64,000 bases of DNA from an uncultured delta proteobacterium (GCA_963782055.1 CAWAIF010000003.1:1312001-1376000), one strand, 5' to 3'. Positions 37,291 to 49,368 are shown, counted from the stretch's first letter. The notes: generated by a model not told the origin, from the sequence alone. Numbers and translations: made by a program.

Positions 37291-37420
37291 TGAAGGGCTG
37301 CTCGGGGCTGGCCGCGCGGGCGGTCGCCGGTCCCGGCGCTTCTTCGCGACGCCGGGGGCTGACGGGTTCGCCCGACACGGTAAGCATCCCTCGCACTTCG
37401 TGCCAGCCGTCGGGTACGCG

Positions 37421-37915
37421 CTACGCGAGCGCCGCGCGCCCCACCCGCCTCGTCCGTGGCCGCATGGGGCGTCGCGCGACGTCCGCGACCACCTGCGGGC
37501 GCGCCAGCTTGCCCTCGATGGCGTCGGCGAGCACGCGCAGCGCGTCGGTCGTCGTGAAGACACCGAGCACGTCGCCGTGATCCACGACCACGGCCGAGCC
37601 GATCTTCTTCGCCACCATGCTCCGCGCCACCTTGGTCACCAGGGCGTCGGACGTGACGGCGTACGGCTTCGCGGTCATCACGTCCTGCACGCTCCGCCGC
37701 TCGCGAGGTGCGGACTTCTCCGGGAGGAGGCGCGTGTCGCGCTCGGACACCACGCCCACCAGCTTGCCGCGGTCGTCGGTCACCGGGAGGTGCCGCACCC
37801 CGTACTCCTTCATCAGCCTGCGCGCGACGGTGACAGCCTGGTGGGTGAGGACGGTGCGCGGCACCAGCGTCATCACGTCGCCCACGATGGGCATGGTCCT
37901 GCTCGTTCTGTTCAT
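37421..37915 (-). CDS. CBS domain pair protein
   Basis: VGDVMT...RHLPV...GKLVGVVSERD; VQDVMT...GVFTTTD; AGGAG RBS. Confidence 0.9.
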   Translation of the reverse strand: MNRTSRTMPIVGDVMTLVPRTVLTHQAVTVARRLMKEYGVRHLPVTDDRGKLVGVVSERDTRLLPEKSAPRERRSVQDVMTAKPYAVTSDALVTKVARSMVAKKIGSAVVVDHGDVLGVFTTTDALRVLADAIEGKLARPQVVADVARRPMRPRTRRVGRAALA

Positions 37916-37939
37916 GACGTTCTCCTGCGCGCCCTGCGT

Positions 37940-37955
37940 TGCCAGGCTCGTGCCA
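37940..37955 (-). promoter_or_regulatory. Sigma54-like promoter of CBS gene
   Basis: TGGCACGAGCCTGGCA placed just upstream of the RBS. Confidence 0.5.
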
Positions 37956-38084
37956 CCCACGTGCGGCGCGCCGGCACCCGCGCCACGTCGCCCCCTGGCT
38001 CCGCATCGACTGCGCACTCCCGGCAAGGGCTGCGTGACGTTTGGCTAGCACCGTGTCGGCGAAAACTGCGATATGACCGTCGGC

Positions 38085-39713
38085 ATGAGACGTCTCCTCC
38101 ATGCCCTGCTCCCGGTGGCGGTGATCGCGGCGAGCTGCGCGCCGCCCCCGGCGCCCGTGACGGCCGTCGCGGTGCCGCAGCCCGCCGCCGCCGCGTGCTC
38201 CGGCGCGCCCGAGGACGATGAGCCGCTGATCGTGGACTGGCGCGCCGACAAGCGAGCGGACCTGGAGGCCCAGCTCGCGAAGGGGCCCGTCGTCGTCGTT
38301 CACTACGACTGCGGGGGTCTGCGCGTCTTGCCGGACTGCACGGTCGACGGGACATACGCCTTCCTGGGCATCACCGAGAAGGAGCAGACCCTGCAGTTTG
38401 CGACACCGGACGAGGTTCGCGTCAACCTGCCCATCGGTGGTGCCGCGCTCGCGTCCCGTCTCACGCCGACGTTGCGGCGCGGCGGCGAGCTGGAGGTCGC
38501 CATGGCGCTCGTCGGCAAGCGTGTCAGCTCGCGCGCCTCGGTATCCCGTGCGGACCTCCACGGGGCATGTGACGGAGCGACGCACTTCGTGCGGAGCGCC
38601 ACGCTGGGCGCCTTCGCGATGGCCGCCTCCCCCGCGGCATCCACCGGCGTCGGCTCCGTCTTCGAGAGGAAGGACGCGATGGGTCGCGACGGGTCCGTCG
38701 CGGCGTGCCGCGCCTCCGCCGGCGACACCCCGCCGACCGCGTGCGCGGCCCCGCTGCGGCTGGACCTTCGGGTCATCGGGACCGGCAAGGCGGCGGCGTC
38801 GTCGCGGGAGGAAGGGGGTCGGGGGCGATGCCCGAAGGGGATGGTGCTGCTCGACGGCGGCGCCTGCGCCTCCTCCGGCAGGCGGGCGCCACACGTCTGC
38901 TACATCGACGATCCCGCCGACTGCGACGCCCAGTGCAACGCTGGCTCCATGTCGAGCTGCGCGCTGCTCGGGCGCAGCTACATGATGGGCCGCGGCGTGC
39001 CGCGCGACTTCGCCCGCGCCAAGCGGCTGCTCACCAAGGCGTGCGACGGCGGCTCCGCCCCCGGGTGCGGGAGACTCGGCGAGATCGCGCTGAGCGAGCA
39101 CGACGCGCCGACCGCGTCACGCCTGCTCGTCAAGGCGTGCCGCGCCGGCTGGGCGACCGCGTGTGCGTCGCTCGGCCACCTCCGGGTGATGGCCAACGCC
39201 CTCCCGGCGCCGGAGCTCTTCCAGCGGGCGTGCCTTGGCGGCGACGCGGAGGGGTGCGCGTCGCTGGGCCAGCTCCAGGAGAAGGGGCTCGGCGTTCCCG
39301 CGAACCCGACCATGGCCGTTCACGACTACCAGCTCGCGTGTGACGGGGCCTCGGGTATGGGGTGCGCGAACCTCGCCGCCATGGTCGACGAGGGTCGAGG
39401 CACGCCCGCCGACCCCGCGCGGGCCATCGCGATCCTCCGCGCTGCGTGCGACAAGAACCTCTCTCCGGCGTGCACGGCGCTGAGCGTCCGCTACTTCCAG
39501 GGCCACGGCGTACCGAAGGATGTCGCGAAGGGCGCCATGTTGCTCCAGAAGGCATGCGAGGGGACCGAGCGCATGCAGTGTTTCGTGCTGGCCATGCGCT
39601 ACCAGGCCGGCACCGGCGTCCCGAAGGACGCCGACAAGGCGACACGCTACTTCACGATGGCCTGCGACGCAGGCCTCGAGTTCGCGTGCAAGCAGGTCCA
39701 GAAGGGGCACTGA
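38085..39713 (+). CDS. Lipoprotein with Cys-rich Sel1-like (Hcp-type) repeats
   Basis: Lipobox IAASC; repeated ACxxG...C..LG..Y..GxGVP units. Confidence 0.88.
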   Translation: MRRLLHALLPVAVIAASCAPPPAPVTAVAVPQPAAAACSGAPEDDEPLIVDWRADKRADLEAQLAKGPVVVVHYDCGGLRVLPDCTVDGTYAFLGITEKEQTLQFATPDEVRVNLPIGGAALASRLTPTLRRGGELEVAMALVGKRVSSRASVSRADLHGACDGATHFVRSATLGAFAMAASPAASTGVGSVFERKDAMGRDGSVAACRASAGDTPPTACAAPLRLDLRVIGTGKAAASSREEGGRGRCPKGMVLLDGGACASSGRRAPHVCYIDDPADCDAQCNAGSMSSCALLGRSYMMGRGVPRDFARAKRLLTKACDGGSAPGCGRLGEIALSEHDAPTASRLLVKACRAGWATACASLGHLRVMANALPAPELFQRACLGGDAEGCASLGQLQEKGLGVPANPTMAVHDYQLACDGASGMGCANLAAMVDEGRGTPADPARAIAILRAACDKNLSPACTALSVRYFQGHGVPKDVAKGAMLLQKACEGTERMQCFVLAMRYQAGTGVPKDADKATRYFTMACDAGLEFACKQVQKGH

Positions 39714-39907
39714 GGCCCGGCCGCAGGCCGGCCGACGGCCCGAAGGGCACGCAGACTGAGGCCCGGCCGCAGGCCGGCCGACGGCCCGAAGGGCACGCAG
39801 ACTGAGGCCCGGCCGCAGGCCGGCCGACAGCCCGAAGGGCGCGTAGACTGAGGTCCGGCCGCAGGCCGGCCGACAGCCCGAAGGGCACGTACACTGAGGT
39901 CCGGCCG
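39710..39907. repeat. Second array of the 46-bp repeat (4 units plus partial), inverted relative to the 31647 array
   Basis: CTGAGGCCCGGCCGCAGGCCGGCCGACGGCCCGAAGGGCACGCAGA at 39710, 39756, 39802, 39848; partial at 39894. Confidence 0.95.
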
Positions 39908-39970
39908 AGACGGCGGCGCTTGAGCCCGGGCACCCGGCGTCGTACCGTCTACCGCCGAGGAGAGCACTGG

Positions 39971-41464
39971 ATGGCCGCGCCCGTCCGGCCGGGGGACGTC
40001 GTCCTCGGCAAGTACAGAATCGAGTCGCCGCTCGGCGCCGGCGGCATGGGCGTGGTCATGCGCGCGATGCACCTGCAGCTCCACCAGCCGGTGGCGCTCA
40101 AGTTCCTCGTGGTGCGCACCCCGCTGGAGGCCGAGGTCGCCATCGAGCGCTTCCTGCGCGAGGCGCGAGCGACCTTCCGGCTGCGGAGCGAGCACACCGT
40201 CCGGGTGATGGACGTGGGCACGCTGCTCACCGGCGAACCCTTCATCGTCATGGAGCTGCTGGAGGGCAAGGACCTCAAGGACCTCCTCGCCGCCGAGGGC
40301 CCGCTCGACCCGCGCGTCGCCGCCGACTACATGGCGCAGGTCTGCGACTCGCTGGCCGAGGCCCACGCGATCGGCATCGTCCATCGCGATCTCAAGTCGC
40401 GGAATCTCTTTCTCACGCACCGTGTCGACGGCACCCCGTGCATCAAGGTGCTCGACTTCGGCCTCTCCAAGGTGGCAGACGAAGCGGAGGGAGAGGATGG
40501 CCCGCTCACCCGCCCGGACCAGGCCATGGGCTCGCCGCGGTACATGGCCCCGGAGCAGTGGCAGTCGGCGGCGACGGTGGACGCGCGCGCTGACGTGTAC
40601 GGCGCCGGGGTCGTTCTCTACGAGCTGCTGACGGGCCAGCTCCCCCTCGCGGGCCTCCCGCTGGGCGAGCTGATTCGCCGCCTCATGGCCGGGGCCATCC
40701 CGTCGCCGAAGGAGCTGCGCCCGGACCTTTCCGACGAGCTCGCGCGCGTGGTGCTCAAGGCGATGCGCCCGCACCCGGAGGAGCGCTACGCGTCGGCGGC
40801 TCACCTGGGGGAGGCGCTGCGCAGCGCGTTCCCCGTCGCCGCCGCGCGTCCGCGGCCCCCGCGGATGAGCTTCGCCAGGACGGCGCCCACCGCGGTGGTG
40901 GATCAGGAGGCGCTCCTGGCGCGGGCCCAGCTCTCCGCGGCCCTGGGCTCGAGCGGGGCGGACGCGCCGCCGCCCACCACCGACCCGGCCCCCACACCGC
41001 TGATGGTGCCGTCGCCGTACGCCCACGACGGCCCGGATGTCCCCCCGTCGGTCCACGCCACCAGCCCCCTCGCCGCTTCGGTTCCGACACCGGAGCAGCG
41101 CCAGTCGTGGCAGCCCGATGGCTTCGACGACCCGAACATGGCGACCAAGGTGAGCCGCGTCCAGATCCCCGAGCACGTCGCACAGATGGCGCAGCGGCCC
41201 GTCCATCAAGGCGCCGGCACGCTGGTCAGCCAGCAGGGGCCGCCGCCTGCCGTGGAACGCGCGTCGCATCCGATGGCGTATGCCGCGCCCGCGCAGCGCG
41301 GGACGCCGGTCCCGCAGCGCAGCACGTACGCCCCTCAGCGCCCGCTGTCGCCCCCGACGCCCCCGCGCCGCTCGACCACGCGCGTGGTGTTCTGGGTCGC
41401 GCTCGTCGTGGCCTGCTTCGCGCTGGGTGGCGCCGCGGCGCTCGCGCTGCGCTACCTCGGATGA
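39971..41464 (+). CDS. Hanks-type Ser/Thr protein kinase with C-terminal TM
   Basis: LGAGGMG, HRDLKSRN, DFG, GSPRYMAPEQ. Confidence 0.95.
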   Translation: MAAPVRPGDVVLGKYRIESPLGAGGMGVVMRAMHLQLHQPVALKFLVVRTPLEAEVAIERFLREARATFRLRSEHTVRVMDVGTLLTGEPFIVMELLEGKDLKDLLAAEGPLDPRVAADYMAQVCDSLAEAHAIGIVHRDLKSRNLFLTHRVDGTPCIKVLDFGLSKVADEAEGEDGPLTRPDQAMGSPRYMAPEQWQSAATVDARADVYGAGVVLYELLTGQLPLAGLPLGELIRRLMAGAIPSPKELRPDLSDELARVVLKAMRPHPEERYASAAHLGEALRSAFPVAAARPRPPRMSFARTAPTAVVDQEALLARAQLSAALGSSGADAPPPTTDPAPTPLMVPSPYAHDGPDVPPSVHATSPLAASVPTPEQRQSWQPDGFDDPNMATKVSRVQIPEHVAQMAQRPVHQGAGTLVSQQGPPPAVERASHPMAYAAPAQRGTPVPQRSTYAPQRPLSPPTPPRRSTTRVVFWVALVVACFALGGAAALALRYLG

Positions 41465-41495
41465 CCCCACGCGGCCCTTACGGTATAGAGGGCCG

Positions 41496-42635
<1,140 letters not shown>

Positions 42636-42662
42636 CCCAAACCCGCCGAGGGACGAGACGAG

Positions 42663-43379
42663 ATGAAGGTTCGATTGCTTGCACTCTGCACGATTCTGCT
42701 CGCGGCCTGCGGGGGCGAGGAGCCCGTGGCCAAGCCGCCCCCGCCCGCGCCCACCGTCGCGCCCGCCGACACCGGCCCGAAGCTCGTCGCGACGCAGGAG
42801 CTCGGGTCCATCGACGAGGACAAGACCAACGCGACCTTCAACAGCCTGAACGGGTCCGCCTTCCAGAAGTGCCTCAACGAGGGTGCCAAGCGCCTGGACT
42901 TCCTCGGCGGCGAGGCGAAGTTCTTCGTGCGCATCGGCGCCGACGGCCACGCCAAGTACAGCTACTTCGAGGACTCGACGCTCGGCGATCACGACACCGA
43001 GCAGTGCATGCTCGACGCCATCGACCAGGCGCAGTGGCCAGTCCCCGTCGGCGGCGAGGCCGAGGCGCGCTACACGACCAACTTCGAGCCCCCGGGCGAC
43101 GCGCGGCCTCCCGCGGACTGGGACTCCGACCGCATCGCCGAGGCGCTGGGCAAGCACAAGGAGGACATCGGCAAGTGCACCTCCGGCGTGGACGCCAAGT
43201 TCACCGTCACCGCCTACGTCAAGCCGGCTGGCAAGAAGGCCGGCAAGGTGATGGCCGTCGGCGTCGCCACCAGCAACAAGAAGGGCATCCCGCAGATCCA
43301 GTGCGTGGCGGACGCCATCAAGGGGATGAAGGTGCCGAGCCCGGGCAGCTACTGGGCGAAGGTGACCTTCTCGCTGTAG
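42663..43379 (+). CDS. Lipoprotein with AgmX/PglI (TonB-C-like) domains
   Basis: Lipobox LLAAC; Pro linker; KFFVRIGADG...STLGDHDTEQCM...WPVPVGG. Confidence 0.7.
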   Translation: MKVRLLALCTILLAACGGEEPVAKPPPPAPTVAPADTGPKLVATQELGSIDEDKTNATFNSLNGSAFQKCLNEGAKRLDFLGGEAKFFVRIGADGHAKYSYFEDSTLGDHDTEQCMLDAIDQAQWPVPVGGEAEARYTTNFEPPGDARPPADWDSDRIAEALGKHKEDIGKCTSGVDAKFTVTAYVKPAGKKAGKVMAVGVATSNKKGIPQIQCVADAIKGMKVPSPGSYWAKVTFSL

Positions 43380-43383
43380 AGCC

Positions 43384-44532
<1,149 letters not shown>

Positions 44533-44625
44533 ACACCCGCCGCCCCGCCCCGAAGAACGCGGTTTTTCGGGGCCCCACCCCACGCGGCGCTCGAGGATCA
44601 ACAACGCCGATTCAGGCGCGCTCCC

Positions 44626-45174
44626 TCAGCGCAGCTCGAACTCGGGGCAGTCGGCGCGGATCGCGCCCGTGCCCGGGTCGAGCAGCCACGCCATGCACAG
44701 GCGCCTCGGGACGCGGATGCGCTCGACGGGCCGGTAGGTGCCGAAGACCACGTCCCACAGCGGGGAGGTCACGCCGTGGTTGTAGCGGGCGTCGGCGAAG
44801 TGGTGCGCGAAGTGGTGCCGGCGCGCCCACCGGCCGTACGGCCCGAAGCCGCGGTGCGTGTGCTCCCGGCGGTGCAGCACCTCGTAGGCGACGTAGAAGC
44901 CGATGAGGCCGACGGCGAAGGCCACGCCGCGCGGGCCGCCCGCCACCGCCACCGCGGGCCACGCCACCACGGCGAGCGCGACGAGCGCGACGATCCCCTT
45001 CTTCCACGTGGGGGCGAAGTAGTCGCCCTCGGTGTGGTGGCGCACGTGCTCGGAGGCGAAGGGGTTGGGCCGCAGCCGCCGGTGATGGCCGAGGAAGCGG
45101 TGGATGAAGTACTCGAGCAGCGTCCACGCGAGGACGCCGAGCAGGGCGGACGTGACGAGGGATGCGATCATCAT
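44626..45174 (-). CDS. Fatty acid hydroxylase/sterol desaturase family membrane protein
   Basis: His boxes EYFIHRFLGH, HVRHH, HRREH, HHFAHHF; NHGVTSPLWD. Confidence 0.88.
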   Translation of the reverse strand: MMIASLVTSALLGVLAWTLLEYFIHRFLGHHRRLRPNPFASEHVRHHTEGDYFAPTWKKGIVALVALAVVAWPAVAVAGGPRGVAFAVGLIGFYVAYEVLHRREHTHRGFGPYGRWARRHHFAHHFADARYNHGVTSPLWDVVFGTYRPVERIRVPRRLCMAWLLDPGTGAIRADCPEFELR

Positions 45175-45887
45175 TCGGGCTCTCCGAAGTGCCTGGACCG
45201 CGCGACGGGCGCGGCGACGTTCATGGCCGCCTCCACGGCGGCCTCCTGCGCGCCCCACCCGCAGAGCAGGGCTCGGGTGCCGCGCACGGCGAGGCGCTCG
45301 ACGTCGAGCACCTCCGGCGCGAGGCGTGACTGCTTGTGGAGCTGCAGCACGCCCTGCAGCAGCGCGAAGACGCACACCGTCCGCTCGGCGACGTCTCCCG
45401 GCTGCAGGAGCGCAGCGCGCTCGGCGTCGTGAAGGGCATCGGCGAGGGGCTGCAGCGTCGCGATCACCACGCGGGCGACCGGCTCGGCGTCGGTGGCCTC
45501 GCGCAGCAGCACGCGCGACTCCGCCATGGTCATCGCCAGCAGCGCGAAGCGATGCGGGCGCAGCCGGGCGAAGGCGCGGTAGCCGTGCACCAGCGCGAAC
45601 ACGTGTGCGAGCGGGCCAGCGCCGTCGGGCAGCAGCGCGCGGGCCTGCAGCAGGAAGCCGTGGACCTCGCCCAGGATGCGGGCCACCAGCGCGGACAGGA
45701 GCGCGTCCTTGGAGTCGAAGTACCGGTAGAGGGCGCCCGGCGTGTAGTCCACCGCCTCCGCCAGCCGCGTCATCGTCAGGGCGCCCAGGCCATCGGATGC
45801 GACCATGGCGAGGGCGGTCTCCAGGATGCGCTGGAGGTTGGCCGCCCGCCGCCGCGCGCGCGGGCTCTTCACCAAGTCGTGAGGCAT
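45171..45887 (-). CDS. TetR/AcrR family regulator
   Basis: ILETA...LTMTRLAEAVDYTPGALYRYFDSKD; ATGA overlap with the desaturase. Confidence 0.92.
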   Translation of the reverse strand: MPHDLVKSPRARRRAANLQRILETALAMVASDGLGALTMTRLAEAVDYTPGALYRYFDSKDALLSALVARILGEVHGFLLQARALLPDGAGPLAHVFALVHGYRAFARLRPHRFALLAMTMAESRVLLREATDAEPVARVVIATLQPLADALHDAERAALLQPGDVAERTVCVFALLQGVLQLHKQSRLAPEVLDVERLAVRGTRALLCGWGAQEAAVEAAMNVAAPVARSRHFGEPE

Positions 45888-45895
45888 GAGCAATT

Positions 45896-45912
45896 AGTAA
45901 ACGACGTTCACT
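45896..45912. promoter_or_regulatory. Putative TetR operator
   Basis: Imperfect palindrome AGTAAACGACGTTCACT immediately upstream of tetR. Confidence 0.5.
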
Positions 45913-46050
45913 GGTTGGTCAAGCCCGATCGCGCCCTGGCCCGCCCCCACCCCTTCCCCCACGTTTTCCGCCTCCCCGCGCCATTGTCAGCACCCTTGCA
46001 ATCCGACGCCTGGCAGCCGGACTGGAGGAAGGCCCCTCCCCGGCGTCCCC

Positions 46051-46089
46051 TTGCGGACCTGACGCGCCGCGTTATAATGCGGCGCGTCA
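46051..46089 (+). promoter_or_regulatory. Sigma70 promoter with -10 embedded in a 30-bp palindrome
   Basis: TTGCGG-N16-TATAAT; TGACGCGCCGC-gttataat-GCGGCGCGTCA. Confidence 0.65.
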
Positions 46090-46105
46090 ACCAAGGAGGA
46101 TCTCA

Positions 46106-46537
46106 ATGTCCGCCATCGCCATGCTCCAGGAAACCGGCCGCCACCTCAGCAGGGAGCGCCAGGCCCTCGTCGGCCGCACTCGCGCGGCAGGCGCCGCCTT
46201 CCTCGGCGAGACCCGCGCCGCCGGTCGAGACTTCGCCCGCGTGGCCCAGCACGAGGTGCGGCGCTGGCGTCGCTTCGCCCAGGTCCGCGCCGGCCACGCC
46301 ACCGAGCAGCTGCTGCCGCGATCCATCGAGCGCCAGGTGCTCGCCCGCGTCGACGGGGGCCTGCGCTCTCTCGAGCGGCAGGTGAGCCGCCGCCTGCACG
46401 CGCTCCAGCCGCGCCCGGCGAAGGCCGCCAAGCTCGCCAAGCCCGCCGCGCCCCGCCGCACGACAAAGGCGGCGCTCCGCAAGAGCAAGAAGGCGCGCGC
46501 CAACGGCGCCGCCACGCTCGCCGGCGCCCGCGCCTGA
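46106..46537 (+). CDS. Helical protein with Lys/Ala-rich tail (phasin/histone-like)
   Basis: GGAGGA RBS; amphipathic helical body; PAKAAKLAKPAAP...KKAR tail. Confidence 0.7.
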   Translation: MSAIAMLQETGRHLSRERQALVGRTRAAGAAFLGETRAAGRDFARVAQHEVRRWRRFAQVRAGHATEQLLPRSIERQVLARVDGGLRSLERQVSRRLHALQPRPAKAAKLAKPAAPRRTTKAALRKSKKARANGAATLAGARA

Positions 46538-46555
46538 GCCGGCACGCCGGCGCCG

Positions 46556-47626
46556 TCAGCGCACGAGATCACGCGTGACGTCGGCGAGGGTCGGGCAACC
46601 GGCCAGCGTCATCGCCAGGTCGAGCTCCTCGCGCAGCGTCTCCAGCACGAAGCGCACCCCCGCCTCGCCGTCGTAGGCGAGCCCCCACAGCACCGGTCTG
46701 CCGACCAGCACCGCCCGCGCGCCGAGCGCGACGGCCTTGAGCACGTCGGTGCCGCGCCGCACGCCGCCGTCCATCCACACCTCGAGCTCCGGCACCGCGG
46801 CGGCGACCGGCCCGAGCACGTCGATGGTCGCCGGCGACGTGTCGAGCTGGCGTCCCCCGTGGTTGGAGACCACCACCGCCGCTGCCCCGGCGTCCCGCGC
46901 GCGCCGCGCGTCGTCGGGCCGGACGACGCCCTTGATGACGAGCGGCAGCCTGGTGAGGGACCGCAGCCACGCGATGTCCTTCCACGAGAGCGAGGCGTCG
47001 ATCAGGGAGGCGAAGTACGCGGCGAGCCCGGAGTCCTCGGCCTGCACCAGGTCGCCGCACCCCGCCGGCACCAGGTTCTTGACGGAGAGCCCCTCCGGGA
47101 GCTGAAAGCGGTTGCGGACGTCGCGTTCGCGCCGGCCGAGCTTCGGCGCGTCCACGGTGAGCACCAGCGCCTTCGCGCCCGCCGCCTCGACGCGCCGCAC
47201 GAGCCCCTCGGTGATGCCGCGGTCCTTGTAGACGTAGAGCTGGAAGAAGACCGGGCCGGCGCTCGCCGCGCACACCTCCTCCACATCGGTGTTGGAGAGG
47301 GAGCTCAGGATCATCGCCGTCTTCGCCCCCGCCGCGGCGCGCGCGGTGGCCACCTCGCCATCGGCGTGGGCCATCTTGTGGAAGGCGGTGGGCGCCACCA
47401 GCACCGGCATGGACACCTCGTGCCCGAGCACCCGCGTGCCGAGCGCGCGCGTCGCCACGTCGACCAGCACGCGGTAGTGCACGCGCAGCCGCTCGAAGGC
47501 GGCGCGGTTCTCCCGCAGGGTGATCTCGTCGTGCGCGCCGCTGGCGTAGTAGTCGTACGCGTGCGCGTGGAGCCGCTCGCGCGCCAGCGCCTCCAGCTCC
47601 AGCAGGTTCAGCGGCGGCTCGCTCAT
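46556..47626 (-). CDS. FMN-dependent alpha-hydroxy acid oxidase/dehydrogenase
   Basis: FFQLY; LTVDAP; IKG; SNHGGRQLD; DGGVRRGTDVLKA. Confidence 0.94.
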   Translation of the reverse strand: MSEPPLNLLELEALARERLHAHAYDYYASGAHDEITLRENRAAFERLRVHYRVLVDVATRALGTRVLGHEVSMPVLVAPTAFHKMAHADGEVATARAAAGAKTAMILSSLSNTDVEEVCAASAGPVFFQLYVYKDRGITEGLVRRVEAAGAKALVLTVDAPKLGRRERDVRNRFQLPEGLSVKNLVPAGCGDLVQAEDSGLAAYFASLIDASLSWKDIAWLRSLTRLPLVIKGVVRPDDARRARDAGAAAVVVSNHGGRQLDTSPATIDVLGPVAAAVPELEVWMDGGVRRGTDVLKAVALGARAVLVGRPVLWGLAYDGEAGVRFVLETLREELDLAMTLAGCPTLADVTRDLVR

Positions 47627-49329
47627 CACGCCAGCGGGTCGATCGCGATGGGCGGCCGCGGCACGCTCGCCGCGCCGATGCGCTCCAGGTGCGCGCAGGC
47701 GGCCAGCACCGTCGCTTCGTCCCACGCGTCGCCGAGGAGCTGCAGGCCGATGGGGAGGCCCGAGGCGTCGACGCCGACGGGCGCGGAGCACGCGGGCAGG
47801 CCGGTGAGGTTGCCCAGGAAGGCGTAGCGGCAGAGCCCGGCGAGCGCCTGCGCGTCCAAGAAGCCGCTCTCGAACTGCGCGTCCGTCACGTGCGGCGCCG
47901 TCGTCGCCGTCGTCGGCAGGGCGATCAGGTCCACCTCACCCATCGCCCGCGCCATCGTGTTGCGGAGCCCAGCGCGCAGGCGCATCGCGTCGGCGAGCTC
48001 CACCGCCCCGAGCTCGCCCACCACCGCCATCGTGATCTGCAGGTCGGGCGACATGTCGTCGGCGTGCTCCAGCCACTCCTGGCGCAGCTCCGCGCGCGTC
48101 TCGATGGAGATGGCCAGGTAGCCGACGGCGGGCGCGTGCGCGAGCGCGCCGAGCTCCAGCGTCTTGAGCACCGCGCCCTCTGCCTCCAGGGCGCGCAGCG
48201 CATCCTGCCCGGCGCGGACCACCTCCGGGCTGGCGTCGGCCCACTCCTTCTCCGGGACGCCGATGACCAGGCCGGCGACCCCGCGGCCGAGCGCGCGCAC
48301 CAGCGAGCCAGCCGGCACCTGGGGCGCCCCGTTCGTCTCCGGGTCGCGCGGGTCCGGGGCGCCGATGACCTCCAGGCAGCGCGCGAGATCCAGCGTGGAG
48401 CTCGCCAGCGGGCCCAGGTGCGCGACCGACCCGCCGAACATGTCCCCCGCGCGGCTGACGCGCCCCCACGTCGGCTTGATGCCGAAGACGCCGTTGAGCG
48501 CGGACGGGATGCGGATGGACCCGCCGCCGTCGGCTCCGATGGCGAAGGGCACGAGCCCCGTCGCGACCGCCACCCCGCTGCCTGTCGACGACCCGCCCGC
48601 CACGTGATCGGCGTGGTGCGGGTTGCGAGGCATCTTGCGGTGCGGGTTGAAGCCGAGCGGCGTCATCCCGTACTCGGTCATTGGCGTGGTGCCCACGATG
48701 ACGGCGCCGGCGTCGCGCAGCCGCCGCACGATGGTCGCGTCCTCCGGCTGCGGGGTGCCGTCGACGAAGCTGGTGCCCCCGCGCGCCGGCAGCCCGCGCA
48801 CGTGCGTCTGCTCCTTGATCGCGACGCACACGCCGTCGAGCGGGCCTCTCGGCGCGCCGACGCGGTAGCGGTCCCCGGCGGCGTCGGCCTCGCCGCGCGC
48901 GCTGTCCTCCGCGTAGTCGCAGATCACCGCCATGGTGGGCGTGCGGTTCTCCAGCGCGCGGGCGGCCTCCAGCACGCGCTCCACCACCGCCTCCGGCGTG
49001 CGGCGACGCGCCTCGTACGCCGCGACGTACTCCGCGCTGCTGCGCACGTGGCTCGCGCCCTTCGGCAGCGGGAGGCGAGCGTCCTGCGCCTTGCGCGGGG
49101 GCCGGCCCTGGAGCGCGCGGTTGTGCAGCGGGTAGGCCCCGCGCCACGACTCCGGCAGCGCGGCGAGCGCGTTGATGCCCAGCTCGGCGCGCAGCGCCAC
49201 CTCCATGGCCGAGCTGCCCGCGCGTGTCCGCGCGAGCCGCGCGAGCGAGCGAAGCCAAGACCCAAAGATCCGCGGCGTAGAAATCAAGCGCTCCTCCTTC
49301 TGCCTGCGGCGCGAAAGACGAGCGAACAT
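47626..49329 (-). CDS. Amidase-signature family enzyme (FAAH-like)
   Basis: GPLDG...IKE; GGSSTGS; DGGGSIRIPS; GLPIGLQ. Start uncertain. Confidence 0.92.
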   Translation of the reverse strand: MFARLSRRRQKEERLISTPRIFGSWLRSLARLARTRAGSSAMEVALRAELGINALAALPESWRGAYPLHNRALQGRPPRKAQDARLPLPKGASHVRSSAEYVAAYEARRRTPEAVVERVLEAARALENRTPTMAVICDYAEDSARGEADAAGDRYRVGAPRGPLDGVCVAIKEQTHVRGLPARGGTSFVDGTPQPEDATIVRRLRDAGAVIVGTTPMTEYGMTPLGFNPHRKMPRNPHHADHVAGGSSTGSGVAVATGLVPFAIGADGGGSIRIPSALNGVFGIKPTWGRVSRAGDMFGGSVAHLGPLASSTLDLARCLEVIGAPDPRDPETNGAPQVPAGSLVRALGRGVAGLVIGVPEKEWADASPEVVRAGQDALRALEAEGAVLKTLELGALAHAPAVGYLAISIETRAELRQEWLEHADDMSPDLQITMAVVGELGAVELADAMRLRAGLRNTMARAMGEVDLIALPTTATTAPHVTDAQFESGFLDAQALAGLCRYAFLGNLTGLPACSAPVGVDASGLPIGLQLLGDAWDEATVLAACAHLERIGAASVPRPPIAIDPLA

Positions 49330-49331
49330 CC

Positions 49332-49368
49332 TAGATGAGGCGTTCGCGATTCGCGAACGCGAATCAAG
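49332..49368. repeat. Dispersed palindromic repeat, copy 2
   Basis: TAGATGAGGCGTTCGCGATTCGCGAACGCGAATCAAG; matches the 33634 copy. Confidence 0.75.

Noticed and set aside
37390..37405. Sigma54 promoter for the sigma-70 gene (TGGCACGAAGTGCG, minus strand)
   Set aside because: GG-to-GC spacing is 2 nt too short, and the site overlaps the CBS-sigma gap without other support.
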